This document shows, in pieces, positions 1 to 9,538 of a DNA stretch of 64,000 nt. The DNA is taken from contig JBBQYG010000001.1 in NCBI GenBank assembly GCA_038208905.1, positions 1 through 64,000 on the forward strand, in the 5' to 3' direction. Source of the DNA: Candidatus Sumerlaeia bacterium (GTDB lineage Bacteria > Sumerlaeota > Sumerlaeia > SLMS01). The notes under the pieces are model-generated. The model ran no database searches. It saw only the letters and a program-made list of their open reading frames with translations, and was not told the origin of the DNA. The position numbers and the translations under genes are program-made. How positions within the stretch are numbered: the first letter of the stretch is position 1; each line of letters begins with the position of its first letter.

Positions 1-687
1 CTGGACGTTGGAGAAATTCACGAACATGCCCTGTGCCGTTTCGGGGCGCAGGTACACCGTTGCGGCACTGTCGGCCACGGGGCCGAGCTGGGTCTGGAGC
101 ATCAGGTTGAACGGACGCGGCTCCGTCAGCACGCCGCCGTCATCGGGAGAGAAGCGCCCCTTGCGCGTCGAACCCTCGACCTCCTCCAGCTTCACCCGCT
201 CGTCGGTGATGCCCAGATGCTTCTTCCAGTAGGCCTCGTAGAACTCCTTCGCCTTCTTCTTGGAGCCAGCCCAGATCTCCGCCTTCCCATAGGCGACCGG
301 ATTCGCCTCCTCGGTCGCGTTGATCACGCGATAGGCGGTGCATTCGGTCTCCTCGATGTGGTCGGCGCGATAGCGCTTCCTCGACGGCCCGAGTGAATCC
401 GACAGCGGGTCGCTGAACGTATCCACATGGCCCGACGCCTTCCACGTCCGCGGGTTCATGAGGATGGCGGATTCAAGGCCCTCCACGTCGTCGCGCTCAT
501 AGATCATCGACCGCCACCACGCGTCGCGGACGTTGCGCTTCAGCTCGATCCCGATGGGGCCGTAGTCGTAAGTCCCCGCCAGGCCCTCGTAGATCTCGGA
601 ACCGGGAAAGATGATCCCCCTCCTCTTGCAGAGCGAGACGATCGTCTCCAGATTGACGTGACAGCGTTCGGCGGCGGCTTCGGACAT
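1..687 (-). CDS. glyQS: Glycine--tRNA ligase (alpha2 type), 5' part; runs off the left edge
   Basis: Manual translation from ATG 687: MSEAAAERCHVNLETIVSLCKRRGIIFPGSEIYEGLAGTYDYGPIGIELKRN...WKASGHVDTFSDP...YLRPETAQGMFVNF. These are the canonical GlyRS motifs. Confidence 0.95.
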   Translation of the reverse strand, partial: MSEAAAERCHVNLETIVSLCKRRGIIFPGSEIYEGLAGTYDYGPIGIELKRNVRDAWWRSMIYERDDVEGLESAILMNPRTWKASGHVDTFSDPLSDSLGPSRKRYRADHIEETECTAYRVINATEEANPVAYGKAEIWAGSKKKAKEFYEAYWKKHLGITDERVKLEEVEGSTRKGRFSPDDGGVLTEPRPFNLMLQTQLGPVADSAATVYLRPETAQGMFVNFSNVQ

Positions 688-907
688 GGCGCGACGGCTT
701 CCTTGCAACGATTCTCCGAGGCGGGCGCATACCGCCCACCCCCGGGCCCGGGAACAGTATGGAGCACCCCGGGGGGCGTGAAGGGGAAAGTGACGGCGCT
801 TGCCCTTGCGACGGGGGTGGCGCTCCATTCACTCAAGCGCTGGTGGTTGCCCAAAGTCTCGCCCGGCGGCGTGCCGGGACCATCGTCCCGGCAGGGACGA
901 AACAATC

Positions 908-978
908 GTAGCCCCGGACTTCAGTCCGGGGAAGGTGGCAATGAAGGAGCCGGACCCCGGACTGAAGTCCGGGGCTAG
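908..978. repeat. REP doublet (REPIN-like): two inverted 24-bp palindromic units
   Basis: GTAGCCCCGGACTTCAGTCCGGGG (908-931) and an inverted copy CCCCGGACTGAAGTCCGGGGCTAG (955-978). A further hairpin CGTCCC-ggca-GGGACG lies at 884-899. Confidence 0.75.
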
Positions 979-1073
979 GAATGTTCCACCGCTCCCGTGG
1001 CGATCCGTACCCTCCAGCGTGATCGATGTCGGCGAATACTTTCCGCTCGAAAGCAAATGAAAGACACCCCCCC

Positions 1074-1769
1074 GTGAACGCCGTCGTCATCGCCACCTAT
1101 AACGAATCCCTCAACGCGCCCGCCATCGTGCGGGAGATCCGCGCCGTGGCGCCCGACGTGGCCGTGGTGATCGTGGACGATAACTCGCCCGACGGCACGG
1201 CCGATGCCGTCCGCGCGCTGGGGCTCCCAGGCGTCCATGTCCTCGTGCGGCGCGAGGCCCGGGGATATGGCACCGCCGTCCGCGACGGGCTGATCAAGGC
1301 GATCCAGCTCGGCGCCGACCGCATCGCCACCATGGACGCCGACTTCAGCCACGAGCCCAAGTCGCTCCCCGCGATGCTTGCCGCGCTCGACGACGCCGAC
1401 GTCGCCATCGGCTCGCGCTATGTCGGCGGCGTCCGCGTCATCAACTGGCAGATCAAGCGCCTCCTCCTCAGCCTCTTCGCCAACTTCTACGTGCGGACGA
1501 TCCTCGGCCTCTCCACCAACGACTGCACCTCCGGCTTTCGCGCCTACCGCGCCCCGATGCTGCGCCGCATGGGCCTGCGGACACTCCAGAGCAACGGCTA
1601 CTCCTTCCTCGTCGAAATGCTCTGGCGCGCCCACCGCCGCCGCGCCCGCCTCGCCGAAGTCCCCATCGTTTTCGTCGAGCGCCGCGAAGGCGAATCCAAG
1701 ATGAGTAGCGCCGTCATCGGCGAGAGCGTCCTGATGCCGTGGAGGCTGAGGCTTGGCGGCGGGCGGTAG
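1074..1769 (+). CDS. Polyprenol monophosphomannose synthase-like GT2 (DPM1/Ppm1 family)
   Basis: VVIATYNE, IVDDNSPDGT, MDADFSH, IGSRY, DCTSGFRAY, FVERREGESKM motifs. GTG 1074 is the likely start. Confidence 0.9.
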   Translation: MNAVVIATYNESLNAPAIVREIRAVAPDVAVVIVDDNSPDGTADAVRALGLPGVHVLVRREARGYGTAVRDGLIKAIQLGADRIATMDADFSHEPKSLPAMLAALDDADVAIGSRYVGGVRVINWQIKRLLLSLFANFYVRTILGLSTNDCTSGFRAYRAPMLRRMGLRTLQSNGYSFLVEMLWRAHRRRARLAEVPIVFVERREGESKMSSAVIGESVLMPWRLRLGGGR

Positions 1770-1802
1770 GATTGCAAGTTTTCCAGTGGGCACTGTATCT
1801 TG

Positions 1803-1859
1803 ATGGACGAAATGGACCCGATGGACGCTATGGACGTTCATCATGTCCATTTTGTCCAT
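1803..1859. repeat. 9-bp-period ATGGAC tandem repeat with inverted GTCCAT copies
   Basis: ATGGAC at 1803, 1812, 1821 and 1830; GTCCAT at 1845 and 1854. Lies between convergent genes. Confidence 0.8.
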
Positions 1860-1889
1860 GATAGCGGCTATGCATGGTAATGGAATACT

Positions 1890-2795
1890 CTATGAATCGA
1901 GGCTTTGTATATATCGCTCGTACTGCCGAGGCAGCACGCGTTGGAGGCGCTTCTCCAGCCAGCGCGCCAATGCCAGCCTCGTGAAGGCGACCAAGTATTC
2001 GATGCACGCGAAAATAAACAAGACGCCTGGCGTGCTTGCCATCCAGAAGCACAGCCACAGCCTCGCCCATCCGAACGCCCCGCACCACCCGACGAGCACA
2101 AAAGTGAGGACGCCCCCGGCGATGCGGCGGCTCTGGGAGCCCTTGAACTGCGCCACGTTGGCGAGACACAGTGCGCGTACCTGAATCCCGCGTCCGTAAC
2201 TGAGCGCCATGGAATAAGAGGCGAAGGCAATTCCCGCAACGTGAAACCAGAATCCCTCGGCATGTCTAAAGTCGGTCGGTACATCGAGGAGGAAGCCAAC
2301 GGAGTCATCAAGCGATTGGATCATTGCCTCGGTTCCAAAGGAACCTGCAAGAAACAACGCGGGAAAGATTACGCCGGCAGCGATGCTCGCGCGTCGACCG
2401 AGGCCGTGTATATACCGGGTCACCGCGCCGCTGTACCGGAAGTATTCCAGGGGCGTCAGCAACACCTCGGGCATCATCGGAGAACGGTCGATCCGTGCGC
2501 GCAGCGTGGAGCCAAGGGCCGGGGCAATGAAGGCGAGCGATAGCAGAACAAGGTAGGCCAGAGCGGGGATGGATTCCTGGATGCTGGAGAACAGGCCATC
2601 CGCATTGCCAGACCATTCTGCAAGGGCCGATGCGATCAGCCACAGAACTGGAAAGGCGAGCAGCGCGGTTGTCAGAATATCGTAGAAGAAGTCGATCCGC
2701 CACCGCCTGCGCGCCCGCAAGTAGCCGATCCACGGATTCTCCACCTCCGCCGCGTGATCCAAGCTGTGTTCTTTGGTCGGTGTTTTCCCAATCAA
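1890..2795 (-). CDS. Hypothetical multi-pass membrane protein
   Basis: 301-aa ORF with about 6 hydrophobic segments. The EVLLTPL motif is reminiscent of ABC-2 permease-like proteins. Follows the kinase on the same strand. Confidence 0.6.
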   Translation of the reverse strand: MIGKTPTKEHSLDHAAEVENPWIGYLRARRRWRIDFFYDILTTALLAFPVLWLIASALAEWSGNADGLFSSIQESIPALAYLVLLSLAFIAPALGSTLRARIDRSPMMPEVLLTPLEYFRYSGAVTRYIHGLGRRASIAAGVIFPALFLAGSFGTEAMIQSLDDSVGFLLDVPTDFRHAEGFWFHVAGIAFASYSMALSYGRGIQVRALCLANVAQFKGSQSRRIAGGVLTFVLVGWCGAFGWARLWLCFWMASTPGVLFIFACIEYLVAFTRLALARWLEKRLQRVLPRQYERYIQSLDS

Positions 2796-2846
2796 CAGCG
2801 GTATCCTGGCCCGATCACGCTTGGGATGGAGGGAAGCGGTCGTACC

Positions 2847-4574
2847 TCAATTGATCGTGGGCGGCTTGAGGTCCAGGTACTTGGCGGGGACTTCCACACT
2901 GTTGTTGTCGATCGCGATGGAGAGGTCGTCCTGGGTGTGGGGGCTGCGGTCGATGCCGGTGCTGTAGATGGCGCGGTCGTCGCGGCGAAAGCCGACGGGG
3001 GTGCCCCAGCCGTCGAGGGGGTTTCCGTCCTCGTCGGTGGCGAAGCTCATGACGACGAACTCCTCCTTGGCGACCTCCTTGAGGGTGAATGGTAGCCGAC
3101 CCTCCATCGCCTCGAACCGAACCATCGCGCCGCCGAGATTCTGCAGCATCTCCACCGTGCCCGTGTACGCGTCATAGTCGTTGGGCCCCTTGGGCTCCCC
3201 GCGGTCGCGGAGTCGCAGAAGAGGCGAGCGCGTCGGCGGTTCCGAGGGAGCGGCGGACTCGGTGCCGTCGCCACCGCCAAAGATCATCATTGCAACCACG
3301 GCCACGGCAAGCAGGCCGGCGCCCGCCACCATGCCGATCTTTGCGGGGGTCCATCCGCTGGGCTCCTCCACCTGCTGGTCATAGGGGACAACGCCCGCGG
3401 CGTGGCGGACGGCCACGCCCTGGGGCGGGGCGGAGAGCCCGCCCCGCTGGGCGGCCATGCTGGGCGGAGCGGGAAAGGCGCCGCTGGGTCCCGAGTGTAT
3501 ATGCGGCACAGCGCCCGCCTCGTTCCCCACCACGGCCCCGTGCTCGCGCGTGGAGCTTTGCAGGCGGACGCGCTTGATGTCGCCGAGCAGCGCCTCGTAG
3601 TCCTGGTACCGCTCGTCCTGGTCCTTCCTCATGCAGCGACCGATGATCTCGTCGAACTCGATGGGGACCTGATGGTTGATGGTCCGCATGGGGACCAGGG
3701 GCGACATGACATGCTTCATCATGATCTGGACATGGGATTCGGCGGTGAAGGGGGGCCGCCCGGTGATGATATGGTAGAACATCGCGCCGAAGGCGTAGAT
3801 GTCGGCGCGATGGTCCACCGTGCGGCCCTGGCCCTGCTCCGGCGCCATGTAGCTGGGCGTGCCGAGGACCATGCCCTCCTGGGTCATGTAGCTGTCCTCG
3901 AAGAAAATCTTCGCCAGCCCGAAGTCCACCACCTTGGCCTCGCCCGCCGTGTTGATCATGATGTTGGCGGGCTTGATGTCGCGATGGATGATGTTAAGCC
4001 GCTTGGCGGCCTGAAGGGCGCTGGCGACCTGCTCCATCCATGCGGAGATCTGGGTAAAGGAAATCGGCGTGCGGTTGCGGATCACCTGCATCAGCGAGCC
4101 GCCATCGATGTACTCCATCGCGAGGAACGGCTGGCCGTTGTCCGCCAGTCCCACCAGGTAAACTTGGGCGATGTGGCGATGGGAGACGGCGGCGGCGGCG
4201 CGGGCCTCGCGCTCGAATCGCTTGAGCGCGTCCTCGTCGGAAACGAGGGCGGTGTCCATCAGCTTGAGCGCCACCTTGCGGCGCAGCGCCTCGTCGTTGG
4301 CGAGCAGCACCAAGCCCATCCCGCCGCGCGACAAAGCGCGTTCCACGCGATAGGGGCCGATGTACTTTCCAGTCCAGGCCTCGGCCTCGGCGGCGCGGCC
4401 GCCAACGTCCACGGCGAGTGGAATACGGTCTTCGGAGACGGGGCGGAGCCGCGAATCCTCGTAGGGCGGAATATAGTCCGGCGTGGGCGGTGTGGGGATC
4501 GCCTCGCTGGATGGCGGCGGGGCAAAGGGGAAGGCCTTGTTGGGGTCGCCGCCGCCGGGTGGGGGTTGGGTCAT
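2847..4574 (-). CDS. Hanks-type Ser/Thr protein kinase with one TM helix and a C-terminal GspG/pilin-head-like extracytoplasmic domain
   Basis: RGGMGLV, VALK, HRDIKPAN, DFG and GTPSYMAPE kinase motifs; TM IGMVAGAGLLAVAVVAMMIF; C-terminal LDGWGTP...IYSTGIDRSPHTQDDL. Confidence 0.92.
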   Translation of the reverse strand: MTQPPPGGGDPNKAFPFAPPPSSEAIPTPPTPDYIPPYEDSRLRPVSEDRIPLAVDVGGRAAEAEAWTGKYIGPYRVERALSRGGMGLVLLANDEALRRKVALKLMDTALVSDEDALKRFEREARAAAAVSHRHIAQVYLVGLADNGQPFLAMEYIDGGSLMQVIRNRTPISFTQISAWMEQVASALQAAKRLNIIHRDIKPANIMINTAGEAKVVDFGLAKIFFEDSYMTQEGMVLGTPSYMAPEQGQGRTVDHRADIYAFGAMFYHIITGRPPFTAESHVQIMMKHVMSPLVPMRTINHQVPIEFDEIIGRCMRKDQDERYQDYEALLGDIKRVRLQSSTREHGAVVGNEAGAVPHIHSGPSGAFPAPPSMAAQRGGLSAPPQGVAVRHAAGVVPYDQQVEEPSGWTPAKIGMVAGAGLLAVAVVAMMIFGGGDGTESAAPSEPPTRSPLLRLRDRGEPKGPNDYDAYTGTVEMLQNLGGAMVRFEAMEGRLPFTLKEVAKEEFVVMSFATDEDGNPLDGWGTPVGFRRDDRAIYSTGIDRSPHTQDDLSIAIDNNSVEVPAKYLDLKPPTIN

Positions 4575-4694
4575 GGGGGTGGTGGCCTCGGGGGTTCGCT
4601 CACATTAAGCGATGGCCCATGATACCGTTGCAGCCAAAATTTGGCAGCAAGCCAACTTTTCCATGGGAAGCGGGGGTTGGCCGAGCCCGACGGA

Positions 4695-5825
4695 CTAGCC
4701 GGAGACCTGCACCTCGAGTTTGTCGCGGCCCTGCTCCCGGACAATGTAGAGCGTGGGGAAGGGGCAGCGCCGGATCACCTCGAGCACCTGATCGCGCGAG
4801 GCCGACGTCTCGACGACGAGCACGGCGCTGGAGCCGAACTTCTTGCGCAGTTCGATCGTGGTGTCGCTGCCAAGGCTGCCAAGGTGCTGGGTGATGATCC
4901 TGACCAGCTCGTCGCTGACGCCGGTCAGCAGGATCTTGTACCCGCCCGCCTTGGCCTGAACGACTTGCGGCCAAAAGGCGCGATAGTCGGCGATGAAGTC
5001 CTGGGCGATGTTCTGGGAGGCGCGGTCGAGGGCCGAGCTAACCGCGTCGCCCCGATCGCGGGCGGAGGCGGAGCCGCGGGCGGTGACGCTCAACAGCTTC
5101 TCTCCCGTGTCCACGCGGATCATGTGGATTTCCATCTCGGTGTCGTAGAAATAGAAGGTGTCGAGATAGACCTTACGTTCTTCGCGCAGTGTCGTGCGGG
5201 CCCTGCCGGTGAAAATGATCTCGATGTTGCGGCGCTCGGCGGCGATGCGCGCCTGCTCGAAGGCCACGGGGTCGTCGAATACGTTGGTGCCGGAGGAGGG
5301 CGCTTCGATCGTGCCCTCGTAGCTCTTGATCCCCTGCGCCGCCAGCGCGGACTCGAGAATCTGGCGGGCCGGCGCCTCGGGGATCACCTGTCCGTCGAGC
5401 TGCTCGTCGATGAACACGGCGAACAACGGCCTGTGGGCGGGCTTGTAGGTGAATTTCTTCTCCTTCAAGTCGGCCACCAGCTTCGTATAGTCGATGTACA
5501 CGCGCGAATTGAGGACGGTGACGCCGCCGGTGAAGTTGTCCTGCATCACATCCACGCCGCTCACGAAGTTGTCGGCATAGGTGCGAAGGTACTTCTCGAG
5601 CAGGCCGTCGGCCCGGAAGAGGACATCGTCCAGAAGGACGCGCCCCGCGGTGGCGACGACGGCATCCTGCTTGGCTGCAAGCTCGGCGTCGGCGCGGGTG
5701 GCGCCCCGCGAGATGGTGGTTACGGAGACCTGATTCTCGTCCAGCGGCGTGACGAGCAAGGCGGGCGCCGGGCGGGCGCCGAGAAGCATGACCAGAAGGA
5801 TCAGGACGATCGACTTGCGAATCAC
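4695..5825 (-). CDS. Exported protein, possibly FlgT-N/CsgG-like
   Basis: Signal peptide. RADAELAAKQDAV resembles the FlgT N-terminal helix. MIRVDTGEKLLS resembles the CsgG/TolB-N-like strand motif. Confidence 0.6.
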   Translation of the reverse strand: MIRKSIVLILLVMLLGARPAPALLVTPLDENQVSVTTISRGATRADAELAAKQDAVVATAGRVLLDDVLFRADGLLEKYLRTYADNFVSGVDVMQDNFTGGVTVLNSRVYIDYTKLVADLKEKKFTYKPAHRPLFAVFIDEQLDGQVIPEAPARQILESALAAQGIKSYEGTIEAPSSGTNVFDDPVAFEQARIAAERRNIEIIFTGRARTTLREERKVYLDTFYFYDTEMEIHMIRVDTGEKLLSVTARGSASARDRGDAVSSALDRASQNIAQDFIADYRAFWPQVVQAKAGGYKILLTGVSDELVRIITQHLGSLGSDTTIELRKKFGSSAVLVVETSASRDQVLEVIRRCPFPTLYIVREQGRDKLEVQVSG

Positions 5826-5927
5826 GGTATATCCTTCTCGCGCGAGGGGTTAGCGCCTACGAATGACACTGCGGGACACGTGGATTGACGGTCTGGCCGC
5901 GCCGTGGGGGTGTCAACGTCAAACGCC

Positions 5928-6950
5928 CTACAGGCCGCCGAACTGGGATTGAAGCGTCCCCCGCAGGAAAAACAGGCCGATGTTGAGGAGGATTTCCGTC
6001 CAGACCAAGCCCGTCAGCACACCCTTTGCCGGGCCATCGTATTTGCCAAGGAAAAAAGCCTTCGCGAACGAGCCGCAGAGGCAACAGGACAGAACGATCA
6101 GTGCGATGCCCCAGCCCGTGAAGCCGTTCTTGAAGGCATAGCTTACGAGCCAGATCAGCGTGACAAGATAGATCAGAAGGTAGATACCGCTCAATCCCAC
6201 GGCCGCTATCAGCAATCCGGCAGAGGGCCCTTCGGTGGCGCTGTCAGCCTCGTCGAGAAGTTCGTCAAAGGGGGTGGACCCCGCGGCGCCGCTGGCAAGG
6301 CGCTCCTCCACGCGTTTGGCGATCAATTCCTCCCGGCTTAATCCTTCTTCCGATGGGTCTGCTTCACCAACCGCTTCGGTGTCGGGGGCCGGGGCGGCGC
6401 CGAACGGATTGTCAGCGACGGGCGCGGCGGCGTCTTCGGGCGGAGGGAACGCGCCAAGGTCGGCTGGTGGCGCCGCCGGGGTGGGCGGAATCACCGTGGA
6501 GCGAGTGAACCCGCGTATGACGTTGGTGGCGAGGTAGTACTCCTCTTCCTCCCCCAGCGGGCGGGCGCGGAACTTTCCCGTGGAGTACTCGAAGACCAGG
6601 GAACCCTGATAGAGCGCGGCGTCCTCGGGCATGCCCACCACGAGGTCGTAGTGCCTGCCCTCTCCGTTGTCGCCAAAGATGATCTGCTCCGCCTGGGCCA
6701 CGGGGAGCTTGTAGGCGGCGCCGTCGGCGAGGCGGATATTGAAGGTGCCACCCCCGGGGGCGGGATCGAAACTCTCGATCACGAGGCCCGATTGCTGCAA
6801 CGTCGAGCCGTCGGTCATGCGCGCACGCACGCTGTCCGCGCCGGCAAGGGCGGGAAGCAGGAGCAGGACGAGGAAGAGGAGCCCGGACAGAAGGTGGGGC
6901 GGGCGCTTCCCTTGGCGCGGGGGCATCTTGATGGCACTCCGTGGGGTCAT
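5928..6950 (-). CDS. Hypothetical exported/membrane protein (N-terminal beta domain, Pro/Ala/acidic linker, 3 C-terminal TM helices)
   Basis: Long ORF with GC3-rich codons, a signal-like segment and C-terminal hydrophobic helices. Start uncertain (6950 or 6926). Confidence 0.7.
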   Translation of the reverse strand: MTPRSAIKMPPRQGKRPPHLLSGLLFLVLLLLPALAGADSVRARMTDGSTLQQSGLVIESFDPAPGGGTFNIRLADGAAYKLPVAQAEQIIFGDNGEGRHYDLVVGMPEDAALYQGSLVFEYSTGKFRARPLGEEEEYYLATNVIRGFTRSTVIPPTPAAPPADLGAFPPPEDAAAPVADNPFGAAPAPDTEAVGEADPSEEGLSREELIAKRVEERLASGAAGSTPFDELLDEADSATEGPSAGLLIAAVGLSGIYLLIYLVTLIWLVSYAFKNGFTGWGIALIVLSCCLCGSFAKAFFLGKYDGPAKGVLTGLVWTEILLNIGLFFLRGTLQSQFGGL

Positions 6951-7258
6951 TGTCCCCTCTGCTCGCGTTGGAACCGCAGGATGATATGCAACGTGGGATG
7001 GACCCGGCACCGCCTTGGGGCAAGTCGAGTTTCGGCAAGCGGGAGCCCGTGCGAGCCCCGTGGCGGCGTAAAAGCGAAAAATCGATTCCCTCTTCTCCGA
7101 AAAAGACTTGCCGTGGTCCTTCGCGTGAACCTAACGCTCTCGCGAATCTGGTCCCAACACGCGCGCCAATGTCGGCAGAAAATGCCAGCACCAATCGCGC
7201 AGTGGGAACGGATCCCGTTGGCCACAATCTCTCGCTCTCGCTCCAGGAGGACGTTCCC

Positions 7259-7984
7259 ATGCTGTTCCGCTCCCGCTCCCTTGTCATCGCCCTCGTCATC
7301 CCCGGCGCCCTCGTGGCCACGGGCTGCATGAAGGCCAAGCCCAAGCCCGAAAACCGCACCCCCCTGACCACCGCCATGAACGGCTCCGGCAGCGGCATCG
7401 AGAAGTCTTCCTTTACCCCGACCACCTGGGACGCCACCGGCGGCGCGCCTGGCGAGGGCGGTTTCGGCGCCTCCGGCACGATGGCCCCCGGCAGCGGCTC
7501 CGGCTTTGGCGCCGACGGCAGCGCCACAGGCTCGGGCACCGGCTCGCTCGATTCCGCCACCGGCGACCTGATGAATACCGCCAGCACCGCGGGCGTTGAC
7601 TCCGGCCTCTTCGTCTCCGAGCTCGAGATGGTCCACTTCGAGTTCGACAGCGACCAGATCAGCCCTGACTGGGCCGCCGTCCTCGACCGCCACGCGACAT
7701 GGATCAATGGCAACGGCAAGGTCATGGTTCAGGTCGAGGGCCATTGCGACGACCGCGGCACCGAGGAGTACAACACCTCTCTGGGCCAGCGCCGCGCCGA
7801 CACCGTCCGCACCTACCTCAGCCAGAAGGGCGTCGATGCCAACCGCCTTTCGACGATCAGCTATGGCGAGCTTCGCCCGCTGAACTTCGACGCCACCGAG
7901 GAGGCGCACGCGCTCAACCGCCGCGCCATGTTCCTGGTTTACGAAACGGACAACACGGTGGCCTCCGCGCCCGCCGGATTCTGA
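7259..7984 (+). CDS. pal: Peptidoglycan-associated lipoprotein (Pal/OmpA C-terminal domain), copy 1
   Basis: RBS CAGGAGG; lipobox VATGC; VHFEFDS, VEGHCDDRGTEEYNTSLGQRRA, ISYGELRP, NRRA. Confidence 0.9.
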   Translation: MLFRSRSLVIALVIPGALVATGCMKAKPKPENRTPLTTAMNGSGSGIEKSSFTPTTWDATGGAPGEGGFGASGTMAPGSGSGFGADGSATGSGTGSLDSATGDLMNTASTAGVDSGLFVSELEMVHFEFDSDQISPDWAAVLDRHATWINGNGKVMVQVEGHCDDRGTEEYNTSLGQRRADTVRTYLSQKGVDANRLSTISYGELRPLNFDATEEAHALNRRAMFLVYETDNTVASAPAGF

Positions 7985-8016
7985 AAATCTACCACACGAA
8001 AGAGAACCATCGCTCC

Positions 8017-8667
8017 ATGATCCGCTCGCTCCCGCTCCGCTCCCTGCTAGTCGCCCTCAGCCTCGTCGTCGTCGCATCCGGCACCATTGGCTGCGCCGCC
8101 AAGAAGAAGCCCGTCGTCTCCACCGGTTCCGCCACGGGCCGCGGTACTTTCTCTGGCACCGGCACCGGCACCGGTGCGCCGGGCGAGTTTGATCCCACCG
8201 CCGGCGGCACCCTTACCGACGAGGAGGCACTTGCCCGCCTCCGTGCCCAGGAAGCCGCCCGCAATGCCGCCGGCGGGAACAACCCGCAGATCTATGGCGG
8301 CGAGAAGTCCGCCGTCGGAACGCCGATTCCCGACCTCGGCATTGTGTACTTCGGCTTCGACAGCGACGTGCTCGACACCGCGGCGACGATGACGCTCGAC
8401 AAGAACACGAGCTACCTGAGCAGCCATCCGGAACTGCGCGTCGTCCTGCGCGGCCACGCCGACCAGGAGGGCACCGAGGAATACAACCTCTCGCTCGGCG
8501 AGCGCCGCGCCCTGGCCGTCCGCGACCACCTGATCGGCGCTGGCATCGACGGCTCCAAGCTGGAGACCGTCAGCTTTGGCAAGATGATCCCCGCCTCGGA
8601 GGGCACCGATGTCGCCTCCCAGGCCCAGAACCGGCGCGTGGAGTTCTTTGTCTATACGGTGGAGTAG
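8017..8667 (+). CDS. Peptidoglycan-associated lipoprotein (Pal/OmpA family), copy 2
   Basis: Lipobox TIGC; VYFGFDS, LRGHADQEGTEEYNLSLGERRA, VSFGK, QNRRVEF. Confidence 0.9.
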   Translation: MIRSLPLRSLLVALSLVVVASGTIGCAAKKKPVVSTGSATGRGTFSGTGTGTGAPGEFDPTAGGTLTDEEALARLRAQEAARNAAGGNNPQIYGGEKSAVGTPIPDLGIVYFGFDSDVLDTAATMTLDKNTSYLSSHPELRVVLRGHADQEGTEEYNLSLGERRALAVRDHLIGAGIDGSKLETVSFGKMIPASEGTDVASQAQNRRVEFFVYTVE

Positions 8668-8689
8668 CGCCGTAGCGATACGCAGCTTG

Positions 8690-8728
8690 GGCGCCCGGCG
8701 ATTCGTTCCGCCGGGCGCCTTTTCTTTT
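8690..8728 (+). terminator. Intrinsic terminator after the pal pair
   Basis: GGCGCCCGGCG / CGCCGGGCGCC stem followed by TTTTCTTTT. Confidence 0.85.
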
Positions 8729-8754
8729 CCCCACGCTGAATCGGAGCAGATGCG

Positions 8755-9087
8755 ATGTCGGTCTTCTCGAATCCCTGGGTCCTTCTCGTCGTTGCCGGGC
8801 TGCTGGAAGTGGTCTGGGCAATCGCGCTCAAGCAATCCGATGGCTTCACGCGCCTATGGCCATCGGTCGTCATGCTGGTTGGCCTCGCCGCCAGCATGGT
8901 CCTGCTGGCGTTGGCGATGCGGTCGCTCCCCGCGGGGACGGCCTATGCCGCGTGGACGGGCATCGGGGCGGTAGGGACGGTCATCCTGGGGATCGTGATG
9001 CTGGGCGAGAGCGCCAGCCCCGCGCGGCTGTGCTGTGTGGCGCTGATCGTGGCAGGGATCGTGGGGCTCAAAGTGGTGGGTTCGTAA
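8755..9087 (+). CDS. sugE: SMR family exporter, SugE/Gdx type
   Basis: [47 protein letters not shown]; 4 TM helices, 110 aa. Confidence 0.9.
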   Translation: MSVFSNPWVLLVVAGLLEVVWAIALKQSDGFTRLWPSVVMLVGLAASMVLLALAMRSLPAGTAYAAWTGIGAVGTVILGIVMLGESASPARLCCVALIVAGIVGLKVVGS

Positions 9088-9139
9088 CCCGGGGATCGGC
9101 GTTGCTCCCCCGGGCCCGCTGGGCTTTCATCGCCCCGCC

Positions 9140-9484
9140 ATGCCGATCACGCCACCCATCGACAAGCGCCCCGGCCGGGTGGAACTGTTCGCGTTCTACT
9201 ATCTGGGCTTCGATCCCGCGGGGAACTATCGCTTCCCCAACGTGCGCCATGTGGCCGCGTTCTACAACGTCAGCCACGATGCCGTGCTGCGCTGGCTGGG
9301 CGAGCTGGAGCTCAGCCCCTCGTTCATCCTCAGAAGCCAATACCCCCTTGCCGTGGCACAGGTGGATCTCCAGATGGAGGCGTCCAACCTGACGATGGAG
9401 GGCATTCAGGAATATGCCACGGCGATCCTGGCCGATCTGGACAAGGCCCCCGGTGGCAGAAAGCCGTGGGAGGGGGAGTTTTAA
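9140..9484 (+). CDS. Hypothetical protein with a possible HTH (NVRHVAAFYNVSHDAVLRWL)
   Basis: 114-aa ORF with GC3-rich codons and an HTH-like segment. Confidence 0.7.
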   Translation: MPITPPIDKRPGRVELFAFYYLGFDPAGNYRFPNVRHVAAFYNVSHDAVLRWLGELELSPSFILRSQYPLAVAQVDLQMEASNLTMEGIQEYATAILADLDKAPGGRKPWEGEF

Positions 9485-9538
9485 CGGCAGGGATGAGGGA
9501 TGAGGCTTAAGGGATGAACGCCTGCGCCCCCCGTCCCA

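Noticed and set aside
4557-4582. G-quadruplex-like run at the kinase start, resembling the Neisseria pilE G4
   Set aside because: Largely explained by Pro codons (TQPPPG) on the opposite strand and by high GC.
7699-8016. Apparent N-terminal extension or fusion of the two Pal genes
   Set aside because: They are in different frames, each has its own lipoprotein signal, and there is a clean stop at 7984.
8668-8754. Guanidine riboswitch upstream of sugE/gdx
   Set aside because: No paired ACGR-loop hairpins or other recognisable guanidine aptamer. The region is occupied by the pal terminator.
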